A stretch of DNA of 48,312 bases, taken from assembly GCA_040222015.1 (NCBI GenBank), contig JAVJWO010000023.1:1-48312 (forward strand). Direction: 5' to 3'. This document shows, piece after piece, positions 10,498 to 20,164 of this stretch (within the stretch, counting starts at the first letter, position 1; each line of letters begins with the position of its first letter). The notes beneath the pieces were generated by a model. It was not told where the DNA came from. It did no database searches and saw only the letters and a list, made by a program, of their open reading frames with translations. This DNA is from Coleofasciculus chthonoplastes F2-STO-03 (lineage in GTDB: Bacteria; Cyanobacteriota; Cyanobacteriia; Cyanobacteriales; Coleofasciculaceae). A program made the translations under genes and the position numbers.

Positions 10498-11469
10498 TTA
10501 CACATTTTTCCCCACAATGTCGGGAGAGCCGACAGCCACTCGTTCCTGCTTCAGCATTTTTACTTCTTTTTGCAATTGCGAGATGGTTGCCTGTTGTTCT
10601 TTGATCGCCTCAATTAATACGGGAGCAAACTTGTCGTACTGAACCAGTTTGGAATTGCCATCAGGATTCATTATCAGTTCGGGAAAGACTTGTTCAACCT
10701 CCTGGGCGATAACGCCAAGTTCTCTATCTTCTCCCATAGTTTTGTCCTGCCAATGAAAGGATATGCCTCGCAAGCTTAATACTTTTGATAAAGCCTGGTT
10801 AATTGGAGTAATTTGTTCTTTCAAGTTTATATCTGAAACTTGACTACTAGTACACCATACAGATTGATCAGCACCGATATTACGGATGCAGAAATTTCTA
10901 TCATTCTGTAGTATAGCTATAAACCGACCATCTCGGGAAACAAGCTGATGTTTGAATGATGCATCAACATAGGTTTTCACTGCTTGCTCTGTGGGAACAG
11001 CATTATTGCTATTATCACTCAGCGTCCCATCCGTCGAAAATTCATTTATCTTCGCGCCGTGGATCAGCTTAAAAGATCCATTTACTTCCAGCTTTGCCGT
11101 CGGCTGCACGGTGCCAATCCCAACATTCCCGGTAGTTTTTTCAATAAACAGTCTACTCCCTTCCTCCGTCGATAGATTAAACCCTGGATTCGCTTCACTA
11201 GGGTTCTGGCTGATACTCCACGTCTTTGTATCACCCGCATAAAAATCGACTAATTTCTCATCCGTCTCGAAGGCGGTAATTTTCAGCGGACCCCTTGCCT
11301 TTGCTAACAGCGTTTCTAAATTAATGCTATTGCTAGCTTCTAAGAGTTGGGCAATATCATCGTCGCGGAGATTGAGTGCGGATTCAATGAAATCCTTAAA
11401 ATCATCTCCGGTTGGCTTGGCGCCTTGTTTGAACAACTCTTGCAGTTCTACTCTACTTCGTTGTGCCAT
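10498..11469 (-). CDS. eCIS tail fibre (Afp13-like) with C-terminal peptidase S74 intramolecular chaperone
   Basis: N-terminal LQELFKQGAKPTGDDFKDFIES attachment motif, GNVGIGT fibre repeat, SDINLKEQI...GVIAQEVEQVFPELI...LIEAIKEQQ S74 signature; start MAQR at 11469 after GGAG. Confidence 0.85.
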   Translation of the reverse strand: MAQRSRVELQELFKQGAKPTGDDFKDFIESALNLRDDDIAQLLEASNSINLETLLAKARGPLKITAFETDEKLVDFYAGDTKTWSISQNPSEANPGFNLSTEEGSRLFIEKTTGNVGIGTVQPTAKLEVNGSFKLIHGAKINEFSTDGTLSDNSNNAVPTEQAVKTYVDASFKHQLVSRDGRFIAILQNDRNFCIRNIGADQSVWCTSSQVSDINLKEQITPINQALSKVLSLRGISFHWQDKTMGEDRELGVIAQEVEQVFPELIMNPDGNSKLVQYDKFAPVLIEAIKEQQATISQLQKEVKMLKQERVAVGSPDIVGKNV

Positions 11470-11482
11470 AATTATTTCTCCA

Positions 11483-14400
11483 TTAACTAACAACAAAATC
11501 TGTACCGATAATCATATAACCAATGCCCTCGAAATCTAAATCTTGATATTTTTCGGTGGTAATCAGATTGATCAGATGTTCGGTGGCGGAAACTAAGATT
11601 GAGTCAGGGTGTTGCACCTGAGCTAAGTTGGATTCATTAATCCGAAATTCTAGGGGGGAATCCCCTTGAGCCTCGGCTTCAACGTCAATTTGTTCCAGTA
11701 AGCTGAGATTAGCAACATAATCAACATAAGGTCTTTTTTCAATAAAATGGATAACTAATGAACCGTGAATCGAACTGCCAAACGTGATGTCAACTTGACC
11801 TTCATAAGCCCAAGGGGACAAAAAGCGCTTGATATCTTCATTGAGTTGTTTGAGATAATACCCTTGTTCATAGCCGGGACGCAACCGAATATTGACTCTA
11901 TATTTAATCCGCTCATACCGGGGATTTTTGACCACTAAATTGACAAAGGGTGAGGTATGTGCTTTGAGGTAAGCCTCAATTTCTTTGAGCAAATATAACG
12001 GTGCTTTGGGTTCCAGGGGAAAGAAGGGTGCGGTATTGGCAATATCAGGAACCACGACAACGGTTACCTTCGCCGCACTGGGATTATCAGAACCAATGGT
12101 TGATGTAATACATTTGACTTTATAGATTTCTGGGAAGCGTTCGAGTACCAAACGTTCATAATCCCAAGGGGTTAAGGCACGTTGTTTATGGCGCAGTCTT
12201 TCACTGACTCGGATATTAAACCGAGGCGTATTCTCCTTCATTTTGCCTTGAAAGGAGGTGTAGGGTTGCTTGATAGCTTTGACGGCAGCATCTCGCGTGA
12301 CTAATCCTTGAATCGAATCGGCGGCTAAGGGTTGACTTAAATGCTCGGTAGCATTGCCTTGATTGACAAAGGTAGCACTTACTGCTTGCGCTTTGATATC
12401 TAGGGTATCTGGTATTGCTGCTGCGTTGTTTTGAACCGTTGCTCGCAGCCAATGTAACCCCTTGGGGAGGCGGTGGTTTTCTGCGGTTGCGGCTGCTGGG
12501 ATACTCAAACGAATAATACCCGAATCAACTAATCCATTCGTCGTATCTGAGAGGATTTGGATATCTTGGAAATCCTGCCAGCGATCGCGACTGAGATAAC
12601 TCCAGTGAATATCCGGCTTGGTTAGTTCGACATTAGCACTTCCTGGCACCAGTTGAAAGAGTAGGGAGAGATCTTGGGGGGGGTGTAGATTGCGGATACC
12701 CAGGAATAAAGCACCTGCTTCATCGTATTGCGGGAGTAAATAGTCTTCAGGGTAGGGAGAGTCTTCGCTATTAAACCCACCGAGTTGCACATAACCAAAG
12801 GGGTTGAGCTGAAAGACACGGCTGGCTGTTTGAGCCACAGTCAAATCAATCTCGACGGAGGCGGTATAGTCGAGCGATAGGGCTTTAATTTCGGGTGTGT
12901 AGGGTTGATAAACGGTGAGAGATTTGATGGCATTATCCGTAGATAACGCTACTTTTGTCATCACCAAGGGATAAATCTCATGTCCAAAATTCGGGCTTTC
13001 TAGTTCGAGTTTGAAATATCGGGTTTGCTCAAAAGGATCATCTGTCTCGGTTTCTAGTGCTGAAGGGTTGAAGGTATAAGCGTCAATCGTTAAACTGGGA
13101 TAATCAAGCTGAAGCGTCGAACTCAATGCGCTACCATTTTGGCTAAAAATGGGCTGAGATGAGCCAATTAGGTACTGATTTCGATTGTTGAAAACCTTGC
13201 AACTAACTTTAAAACTATTATTCGCGATCGCGGGATTGACTAACCCCACCTGAGTATACGCCTGGTAATGGCTGGCAAAATCCTCTGGAAGTCCCATCCA
13301 GGTGATATTCAGCGCCAGACGATCTAATTTTTTACTACTAATTTCTGAGTTGGCAATGTAAAAACCAGAGCCAACTTTTGGATTACTGCCAAAGGGTTTA
13401 AACGGACTTTTGGGATTCAGGAGGGAATTATCGTTGCGGAGTTGCAAATCCTGTATTGTCTCCACTTCAACCTGGAGGTTTACCTTGTCTAAACGAATGG
13501 ATTTCAGGAGTTCATAGTCGCTCACGATTTCTGCCGCTGTATCCCCTTTGACCCGATTTTTTAACACCAGTTTAATCACGGGATAGGGGGTATCAAGACT
13601 AACCGTTGACGCATCGGGTTGAGGCGGTAGGATAGCAGGTAATGTAGAATCAACGGTTAGCTGAAAGTGTAAACTGTCCAGGTAAACCGCAGCAGCAGAA
13701 TACAGATTAATCCGAGTAGCCGTATGGTTTGGCATCAAACCGATGGCTTCCACCGTGGCTTCGCGATCGCTGATTCGTTCTATAATTTTAAAGGTGCGAC
13801 CATCGTCAAAAACCACAACGCTCTCCCCGCCATTTTCGGGAGGCAAAGTCGCACGGGAAAGGGTAATACGAGTCAAATTATCCCCGTCAGCGGTAGGTGT
13901 ATTTAGAGTAATTTGTTTAGTGGTATAAGATTTTAGCGGTTCTTCCAGAATCAAATCACTGATTTGTAATGTAATTGATGACGGTGTGATCCATTCTTGA
14001 TCCGTACTCAGGTAAATCTCAAACGGGTTTGTGTCTTGGATAATCTTTTCTAGTTCCTCTCGGTTTAAGGTATTCGCTTTACAGGCGAAGAGTAGGGTAA
14101 TTTTTCTTGTTCCTTCCTTGAGGATTAAAAGAGGAGAGGTAATTGCAAAACCGAGAGAGGTTGTCTGAGGTTGAGTCACCGTGGTAAACGGAGAAAACCG
14201 TTGTAACTCCGTTTCAGCTTCGGCGGCTGATTCCAGAATAGGCGTTGCCTCAATCCTTTTAATTTCTTGCTTCCCAATCGCTGGATACGTGAAATTTTGT
14301 TTCTTGGCTTGCGCCTTTTCTAGGAGGCGGTAAACTTCTTGCCAAGCCGAGTCATCAATGTCCGTTGCATTTCCTTTGATTTCCATAATCTTACGGAAAT

Positions 14401-15598
14401 CTTCGACACTCATATACAGTTGTTCTTTGACATAGCGAACCACAAACAAATCGGGATTCAATTCATCCAGATTACTCCGTATCTGCTCCAGATTATCATA
14501 GCCACTGGGCATTTCGGGTAGGGGATCACTCGGATTAGGAGTACCCAAAGCCAATCGAATCATACTATCAAAACCAGCGTTTTGATGGGTTGATTTGAGA
14601 ACTTGACGTCGTTTGCGGTTAATTTTTTTGCGATAGGCTTTTTCAATTAGGGAATAAACCTGCTCCCACTCTGACTCTAACGGAGGTTTGCTCTGTGACG
14701 TTCCGGTGCTGTTTTGTCTGACGTTAATTTCTAAGCAGTATTTAAAATCGTCAATTGTAGCAAAAAAGAGTTGCTCAAGAATATAGTTTTTTTGATTATC
14801 AGCGATTTGTTCGATGGGTTGATCGTTGATGGTTTGGTAAAGAGTATTGAGAACATTAATATCAACAGGAGTCGTACCCAAATCAGGAAGGGAGTCGCCT
14901 TGATTGGGATCACCTACCGCCCATTTCAGCATCTGTTCAAAACTATTGTTGTCTTGATTCCCCTGCTGATGAATACTCCTGAGATCAGTATAGGTTTTTA
15001 CCGCCGACAAGGTTTTAATACTGGCAACTTGAGCTTGATTGAGAACGACTTCTTCATCAATGGCATAATTGAGATCGATTCCCTGACTATCTTGACCAGC
15101 TTTGAGCAATGTGCCAGGTTGGAGTCGATAGACGGTTTGATCAGCCGCTAATTCAAAAATTGTATGTATTTTATCAGGAATTTCATCTTTTTCAGTTAAT
15201 TTTAATACCTCTTTATAGTAAAACTCTAGATGTCTTTGGGTGAGCTGATTAAACTGCTGTTGGGGATAGCGTAATAACCGTAAAAATGCGAATAATAGGA
15301 CGAGATGAGGTTGGGACAATTTCCGCCGTACTGATTCATCATCGTCAAAGCTTTCCGGGTTTTTTATATAGGCTACCATGTTCTGAATATCACCCGCAAA
15401 AAAGGAAGACCAATTTCCTTGGGGATGATTCAATTCGTCGTAGTAGTTCAGTGTCGCCGCATACTTTTGGATAAAGGTGAGTAAATCTGCCTCAGAACGT
15501 TCATCAACAGAAACATAGTCGGGTTCTAGAGTTCTGAGTAATCGATTGCGCTGACTGATGCCATCTCGGAATAGGTTAGTTTGTTTATTCATTATCAT
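11483..15598 (-). CDS. eCIS baseplate J-like protein (Afp11-like), unusually long
   Basis: DGISQRNR, PHLVL..FLRLL, RHLEFYYKEVL, PFGSNP, RVSERLRHKQRALTPWDYERLVLERFP, FLSPWA. Confidence 0.9.
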   Translation of the reverse strand: MIMNKQTNLFRDGISQRNRLLRTLEPDYVSVDERSEADLLTFIQKYAATLNYYDELNHPQGNWSSFFAGDIQNMVAYIKNPESFDDDESVRRKLSQPHLVLLFAFLRLLRYPQQQFNQLTQRHLEFYYKEVLKLTEKDEIPDKIHTIFELAADQTVYRLQPGTLLKAGQDSQGIDLNYAIDEEVVLNQAQVASIKTLSAVKTYTDLRSIHQQGNQDNNSFEQMLKWAVGDPNQGDSLPDLGTTPVDINVLNTLYQTINDQPIEQIADNQKNYILEQLFFATIDDFKYCLEINVRQNSTGTSQSKPPLESEWEQVYSLIEKAYRKKINRKRRQVLKSTHQNAGFDSMIRLALGTPNPSDPLPEMPSGYDNLEQIRSNLDELNPDLFVVRYVKEQLYMSVEDFRKIMEIKGNATDIDDSAWQEVYRLLEKAQAKKQNFTYPAIGKQEIKRIEATPILESAAEAETELQRFSPFTTVTQPQTTSLGFAITSPLLILKEGTRKITLLFACKANTLNREELEKIIQDTNPFEIYLSTDQEWITPSSITLQISDLILEEPLKSYTTKQITLNTPTADGDNLTRITLSRATLPPENGGESVVVFDDGRTFKIIERISDREATVEAIGLMPNHTATRINLYSAAAVYLDSLHFQLTVDSTLPAILPPQPDASTVSLDTPYPVIKLVLKNRVKGDTAAEIVSDYELLKSIRLDKVNLQVEVETIQDLQLRNDNSLLNPKSPFKPFGSNPKVGSGFYIANSEISSKKLDRLALNITWMGLPEDFASHYQAYTQVGLVNPAIANNSFKVSCKVFNNRNQYLIGSSQPIFSQNGSALSSTLQLDYPSLTIDAYTFNPSALETETDDPFEQTRYFKLELESPNFGHEIYPLVMTKVALSTDNAIKSLTVYQPYTPEIKALSLDYTASVEIDLTVAQTASRVFQLNPFGYVQLGGFNSEDSPYPEDYLLPQYDEAGALFLGIRNLHPPQDLSLLFQLVPGSANVELTKPDIHWSYLSRDRWQDFQDIQILSDTTNGLVDSGIIRLSIPAAATAENHRLPKGLHWLRATVQNNAAAIPDTLDIKAQAVSATFVNQGNATEHLSQPLAADSIQGLVTRDAAVKAIKQPYTSFQGKMKENTPRFNIRVSERLRHKQRALTPWDYERLVLERFPEIYKVKCITSTIGSDNPSAAKVTVVVVPDIANTAPFFPLEPKAPLYLLKEIEAYLKAHTSPFVNLVVKNPRYERIKYRVNIRLRPGYEQGYYLKQLNEDIKRFLSPWAYEGQVDITFGSSIHGSLVIHFIEKRPYVDYVANLSLLEQIDVEAEAQGDSPLEFRINESNLAQVQHPDSILVSATEHLINLITTEKYQDLDFEGIGYMIIGTDFVVS

Positions 15599-15760
15599 TG
15601 GTTAAAACACTGATTTCACTGATTTATTGGAGAGATTTGGGTAGGGAGGTGAGAGCTTATTCATACACTGATTACACCGATAAGTTTGTTCTCTATCAAG
15701 ATAATTTGTCCTTTGTCAAGAAAACTCTATTGCCTATTGCCTATTGACTCCTGCCTTAAT

Positions 15761-16186
15761 TTAGGTTCCTCGCCATTTGGTGTTCGTGGTAATAAAACTG
15801 CCAATTCCTGAATATTGAGGAACAGCGTCAGGAACTGAAATTGGAGGCGGAGTAAACGCTGGGGTTTGTACCTCAAATTTAGCAATAAAGGTGCTTCCTT
15901 TCAAAATCATTGGCGTGCCAACGCTATTGGTTTTCTGGGCAATTTGGTCATCTCCTAAGACATCAATTTTTAGCGTCCCTATTCCTGGAAGTGAGTAAAT
16001 CGGTGTGATATAAATACATCCCGGCACAGACACAGAGGTTTCATCGCCAACAATACAAACCTTTTTTCCCTGTAAGCTAGAGTTACCACTTCCTTTAATT
16101 TCACCCAGTCTCACCACGACAGTAGCCAAGCCAAAGCTGGGATTAAATTCTGCTTGATCACCATCGACAATGATTAAATCAGACAT
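15761..16186 (-). CDS. eCIS spike tip protein (Afp10/PAAR-like)
   Basis: 141 aa, IIVDGD...GKKVCIVGDE..V..PGCIY..; lies between gp25 and the baseplate. Confidence 0.7.
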   Translation of the reverse strand: MSDLIIVDGDQAEFNPSFGLATVVVRLGEIKGSGNSSLQGKKVCIVGDETSVSVPGCIYITPIYSLPGIGTLKIDVLGDDQIAQKTNSVGTPMILKGSTFIAKFEVQTPAFTPPPISVPDAVPQYSGIGSFITTNTKWRGT

Positions 16187-16227
16187 GGGCTTTGTGAATA
16201 AAAGGTTACGGTTTCAATCTATGAAAA

Positions 16228-16647
16228 TTAAGCATTAAGTAAATTCGTGGTTTCCTGTAAATAAAAAGGATAGACTAAATTGAATCGAGAGTTCGTGGTG
16301 CGAAGCAGATAGTTAATACTGATAAACAATAATCCCGGCTGATCCGCACTCTCGGAAATATCGATCGCCTCCAGGTCTACTCGCGGTTCATGATATAAGA
16401 TAGCATCGGCAATAATCCCTTTAATTCCCGTGATTAATCCCTGAGTAATTTCCTCAAACAGAAACTGATTCAGTTCACAGCCAAAGTCAGGATGCATGAT
16501 TCGTTCTCCCGGTTGAGTGGATAAAATAATTTCCAGGCTTTGCCGAACATCTTCTGCGTCAGATACCAGTTCAACGGCGGCTGTCTCCTGATTAAATGTG
16601 GGTGGAAAGCTCCATCCTGTGCCTAAGAAAGAAGTGTTGAGTTCCAT
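16228..16647 (-). CDS. GPW/gp25 family sheath initiator (Afp9-like)
   Basis: FLGTGWSFPP, ILSTQPGERIMHPDFGC, HEPRV, NSRFNLVYPFYL. Confidence 0.93.
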   Translation of the reverse strand: MELNTSFLGTGWSFPPTFNQETAAVELVSDAEDVRQSLEIILSTQPGERIMHPDFGCELNQFLFEEITQGLITGIKGIIADAILYHEPRVDLEAIDISESADQPGLLFISINYLLRTTNSRFNLVYPFYLQETTNLLNA

Positions 16648-18282
16648 TTAATTGACATCTACTTTTGAGCCTTTTATGGTAACCGTTTTACCTTCAATAA
16701 TAATATCTTGATCGGATTTAATTTTAAACCCCTTATCATCAATGGTTATTGTATTTCCATTTTCATCTTCTAAATAAATTCCTTTATCCTGATCCGACAA
16801 TCGCAATAAATTACCATTAGGTGTACTAATTTCGATAAATTTATCTTCATCATCAAAGATAATTTGTAATGATTCCTTAGTGACAATACCTTTCCGATAA
16901 TTTTCCTGATTGACCTCCAATCCTGATGGCAATTCGTTTTTTTCACTATGCATTGCACCCAGGATAACCGCTTGTCTGGGGTCATCATTAACAAAGCCAA
17001 GAATCACTTCATCTCCTTCCTCCGGTCTAAAAAAGATGCCGCGTTCATTACCCGCATCTAGAGACGCTAATCTTGCCCAAATAACGCCATCAGTTTCAAT
17101 AGATGGAACTTTTACTTTAACCCGAAACTGTTTATCCGGATCATCTTCGTACTTATCCACAACGCCAATTTGTAAACCGTTGATGGCGGGAATTAGTCCA
17201 GCGACTGGCGGCTCAATAATATCTTCATTTTGGGAAAACCAGTCAGCAGATAAGCCAAATTGAATATTGGTTTGCCATCCCCCTAATGTTACTTGATGAC
17301 GGATAGCGGTGACTAAGGTTTTGCCATTAAAGCGTTTACCAATTCCAGCGACTTCGATGATGTCACCCAGTTTAATCTTAGCCAAGCCAGGAACCGTCAG
17401 CCGACCTTTCAACAAAGAGAGGCGACTTTTGACCATTTTCGCCTTTGCCCACGCTTCTACTTCTTGTTCATCTAATTGACCAGAAAATAGTAATTGACAG
17501 GTGTCAGCATCAATGGCTTGAGCTAATTCCCCCGGATTTAAGTTACCTTGACTCAGGGAAAATTCGGGAGCGGTTTTGGCTTGAAATAAGTCTTGATTTT
17601 TGACATCCCAAGCCGTACTTTCTACAGATTCATACTGAAAACGACTATCCGCTTCCATTTCAAAGTCATAAATCTCGCTAATTCCATATTCAAATTTATG
17701 TTCAGCCGCCCCCTGGAGATTGGGTTCAATAACCGTTACTTTGCCATCATCAACTAATACCCAATGACCATTCACATCGGCACGGGAGACAATAAAATCC
17801 CAGTCAGTACAGCCAAATTGCACCATTTCCTTATGCTGAGGTTGGGTTGTTGCCACGGATTCAATCTGTAACCCTGCTGATTGGACAATTTTTTCAATAA
17901 TGTCCTTGTCGGTCATATCCCGAAAAACGGCACTTTTGCGCTTGGGGATGAGTTTAAATGCGGCGTCTTTTGACTCAATAGTGAGTAGGGAGCGATTTTG
18001 ATCGGCTTGTAGGCTGTGTCTGAGAATAATTCCTTTAAAAACAGTAGCTTCCTCTTTAGCGTTGTCTTCATACCGCAGCTTAATTTCCAGTTCTTTCCCC
18101 GGTTTGAAAAACTCAGTATCGCTAATTTTAAATTCCTGTTTGGCGGCGTCCCCATCCAACAGAATCAGTTGAGCGCTGGGAATTTTATTCACCGCTTTGA
18201 TAATATCAATGGACATGAGGTGATACTCCGAGTCCATTTCGTTCCCATCACTCAAAATTGTTGCTGTGATCACGCCATTCAT
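16648..18282 (-). CDS. VgrG-like central spike (Afp8-like)
   Basis: VNKIPSAQL, QFGCTDWDFIVSRA, OB-fold WARLASLDAG..RG.FFRPEEGDEV..GF..DDPR; start likely MNGV at 18282. Confidence 0.92.
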   Translation of the reverse strand: MNGVITATILSDGNEMDSEYHLMSIDIIKAVNKIPSAQLILLDGDAAKQEFKISDTEFFKPGKELEIKLRYEDNAKEEATVFKGIILRHSLQADQNRSLLTIESKDAAFKLIPKRKSAVFRDMTDKDIIEKIVQSAGLQIESVATTQPQHKEMVQFGCTDWDFIVSRADVNGHWVLVDDGKVTVIEPNLQGAAEHKFEYGISEIYDFEMEADSRFQYESVESTAWDVKNQDLFQAKTAPEFSLSQGNLNPGELAQAIDADTCQLLFSGQLDEQEVEAWAKAKMVKSRLSLLKGRLTVPGLAKIKLGDIIEVAGIGKRFNGKTLVTAIRHQVTLGGWQTNIQFGLSADWFSQNEDIIEPPVAGLIPAINGLQIGVVDKYEDDPDKQFRVKVKVPSIETDGVIWARLASLDAGNERGIFFRPEEGDEVILGFVNDDPRQAVILGAMHSEKNELPSGLEVNQENYRKGIVTKESLQIIFDDEDKFIEISTPNGNLLRLSDQDKGIYLEDENGNTITIDDKGFKIKSDQDIIIEGKTVTIKGSKVDVN

Positions 18283-18289
18283 GATTGGT

Positions 18290-18964
18290 TCACTTGGTTG
18301 TCGGCGGCAGACTGATTGAAGTGCCAACGTTTAATTTGCGGAAATTATTCAAGTTGTTGGCAGCGGCAAGCTGGATGTAGTAAGCGGGATCACCATAGAT
18401 TTGATTTGCCATAAGCGGTAAATTATCTCCGGCTTTGATAATTCGTTTGTGGGTTAAATCTGGGGAATTCTTATTTTCTTGTTTAACTCGCTTGGAATCT
18501 TCAATATCCCCAGAAAATTCGGTTTGTAACTCGGCTCTCAGGGGTTGTCCGCTGCGGTTGAACAAGGTATATTTAATGTCAACTGAACCCAACCGACAAT
18601 TAAAAATCAGGTCGCCCCATTCAATTTTCAGAGATTTTGGCTCGTGAGTCTCCCCATCCATGTGCGTGGTTAAAGTTAGGAAGCGATTCACTTCTTTATA
18701 TACATCCTTCCGTCCGCCAGGGGTAACACCCGTTCCATCTAAAATTAAGGTTAAAGTGAGACGGGTTGGTTTACTCAGGGCGTATTTTAAGGATGACCCA
18801 CTGGTATTCATCCCTTGATGCTCTTGATATTTATTCTCATATTTCAAGGAATAGGATTCTGGGTTAAACATGACCTCAAAGGTATCTTGAGGTACGCCAA
18901 TTTGTTTCTTGTCTTTATAGACATAGATTTTGAGCTTTTCTAACTTGAAGAGGTTTTTGAGCAT
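18290..18964 (-). CDS. eCIS tube initiator with C-terminal LysM-like domain (Afp7-like)
   Basis: LEKLKI, FNPESYS, LF..SGQPLRA, SPDLTH, GDNLP...IYGDP..Y.QLA..NNL. Confidence 0.88.
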   Translation of the reverse strand: MLKNLFKLEKLKIYVYKDKKQIGVPQDTFEVMFNPESYSLKYENKYQEHQGMNTSGSSLKYALSKPTRLTLTLILDGTGVTPGGRKDVYKEVNRFLTLTTHMDGETHEPKSLKIEWGDLIFNCRLGSVDIKYTLFNRSGQPLRAELQTEFSGDIEDSKRVKQENKNSPDLTHKRIIKAGDNLPLMANQIYGDPAYYIQLAAANNLNNFRKLNVGTSISLPPTTK

Positions 18965-18973
18965 GGTTTCCCC

Positions 18974-19138
18974 TTATCGTTCTTTTTTTCGTTCTAATAT
19001 TTTCAAGACTTGTTCCACACAAGCCGTCACAATGGCGTCTGTTTCCTGAGCACCTGCTCCCTTGGGGGAGAGGGAATGCGTCGGATTTGACTCAACAATC
19101 GTGGCGCGAACAATTAATTCTTTAATTTCTACAGGCAT
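18974..19138 (-). CDS. small eCIS protein (Afp6/DUF5908-like)
   Basis: Manual translation MPVEIKELIVRATIVES...IVTACVEQVLKILERKKER (54 aa); fills the gap between tube and Afp7; missed by the ORF track. Confidence 0.85.
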   Translation of the reverse strand: MPVEIKELIVRATIVESNPTHSLSPKGAGAQETDAIVTACVEQVLKILERKKER

Positions 19139-19140
19139 GG

Positions 19141-19623
19141 TTAAAGTCTCAGATTTTGAAAGCGTGTATAGGCTAATTCCATGGTGTCGATAACCACTGC
19201 ATTTTTAGTGGCATCCAGGTCAGATACTGTCCAAGTTACTGGATAGGCATTCTTAAATAACCAACTGGCATGGGGATTACTTTTTTCATTGAGAAGCATC
19301 ACCAAAACATTACTGGGTGACAACTTCATTAAATCCATAGCCAGTCCGAATTCGATATTTAGGGGAGAACCAGAGACCATTCCTCGTTTGAGAACTAAGT
19401 TCTGATACGTGACCCGTTTCGGCAGGCGATGTGTAAACAGATTTTCACCGCCTTCTGTTACCTGTTCAGTCTCAATGGTAGAAGAAATTCCGGACACCGT
19501 TTGAAAGCGAATATCCAAAGGATTCGGCACAACTCCCGCGATGAAAAAGACAACCATAAAGTGACTCCCGATGGGCGGAATTTGGTCATTCGGAAGTTCT
19601 GGGATAGTTGGAGGATCAGGCAT
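19141..19623 (-). CDS. T4 gp19-like tail tube protein (Afp5-like)
   Basis: FQTVSGI, EGGEN.F.HRLP, NLVLKRG, AYPV.W.VSDLDA. Confidence 0.92.
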   Translation of the reverse strand: MPDPPTIPELPNDQIPPIGSHFMVVFFIAGVVPNPLDIRFQTVSGISSTIETEQVTEGGENLFTHRLPKRVTYQNLVLKRGMVSGSPLNIEFGLAMDLMKLSPSNVLVMLLNEKSNPHASWLFKNAYPVTWTVSDLDATKNAVVIDTMELAYTRFQNLRL

Positions 19624-19639
19624 ATCGTAATTCTATTGC

Positions 19640-20101
19640 TTATCCGGGATAATCTATTTTCAGACTACTTGCTATAAGTCCCAACGTTTCAATGGCAACT
19701 TCATTATGTGTGGCATTGAATGTGGGCGCATCAAGTTGATGGGGAAAAGCATCCGTCACTGTCCAAGAGACAACCGCTTCACCCGTCTCATCTAACAAGT
19801 CCACCCTCAAATCGCGCTTTTCTACCGTATTTAATTGAACGGTACTAATCCACTTAAAGAAATAATTGTCTCGTCTGACAACACCTTTGCTGAGGGTTAG
19901 GGTAACGTCAGCGGGCATTCCTGGCATTAGCTTAGATCCATCGCGATAGCTCATCCCATCGCGATAACTGATGGTTTCGTAGTTAATGTTTAACCCAGAT
20001 ACCTCGGAAAAGGCGACCGAATCTTCTCCCGCGATTGTAACTCGGTAATAGAATACTGGAATTGGATATTTATCTTTGATATCTTGGATGGACGTTGCCA
20101 T
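19640..20101 (-). CDS. T4 gp19-like tail tube protein (Afp1-like)
   Basis: YPIPVFYYRV, FSEVSGL, YRDG, LDAPTFNA..NEVAIE; AAGGAG RBS. Confidence 0.92.
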   Translation of the reverse strand: MATSIQDIKDKYPIPVFYYRVTIAGEDSVAFSEVSGLNINYETISYRDGMSYRDGSKLMPGMPADVTLTLSKGVVRRDNYFFKWISTVQLNTVEKRDLRVDLLDETGEAVVSWTVTDAFPHQLDAPTFNATHNEVAIETLGLIASSLKIDYPG

Positions 20102-20125
20102 AACAGTTGTAACTCCTTATTGTAC

Positions 20126-20161
20126 GGACAAATGACAAATGACGAATGACAAAGGACAAAT
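20126..20161. repeat. STRR heptamer tandem repeat ((T/G)GAC(A/G)AA)n
   Basis: GGACAAA TGACAAA TGACGAA TGACAAA GGACAAA; same family reversed at ~26275-26310 and ~29650-29707. Confidence 0.8.
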
Positions 20162-20164
20162 AAC

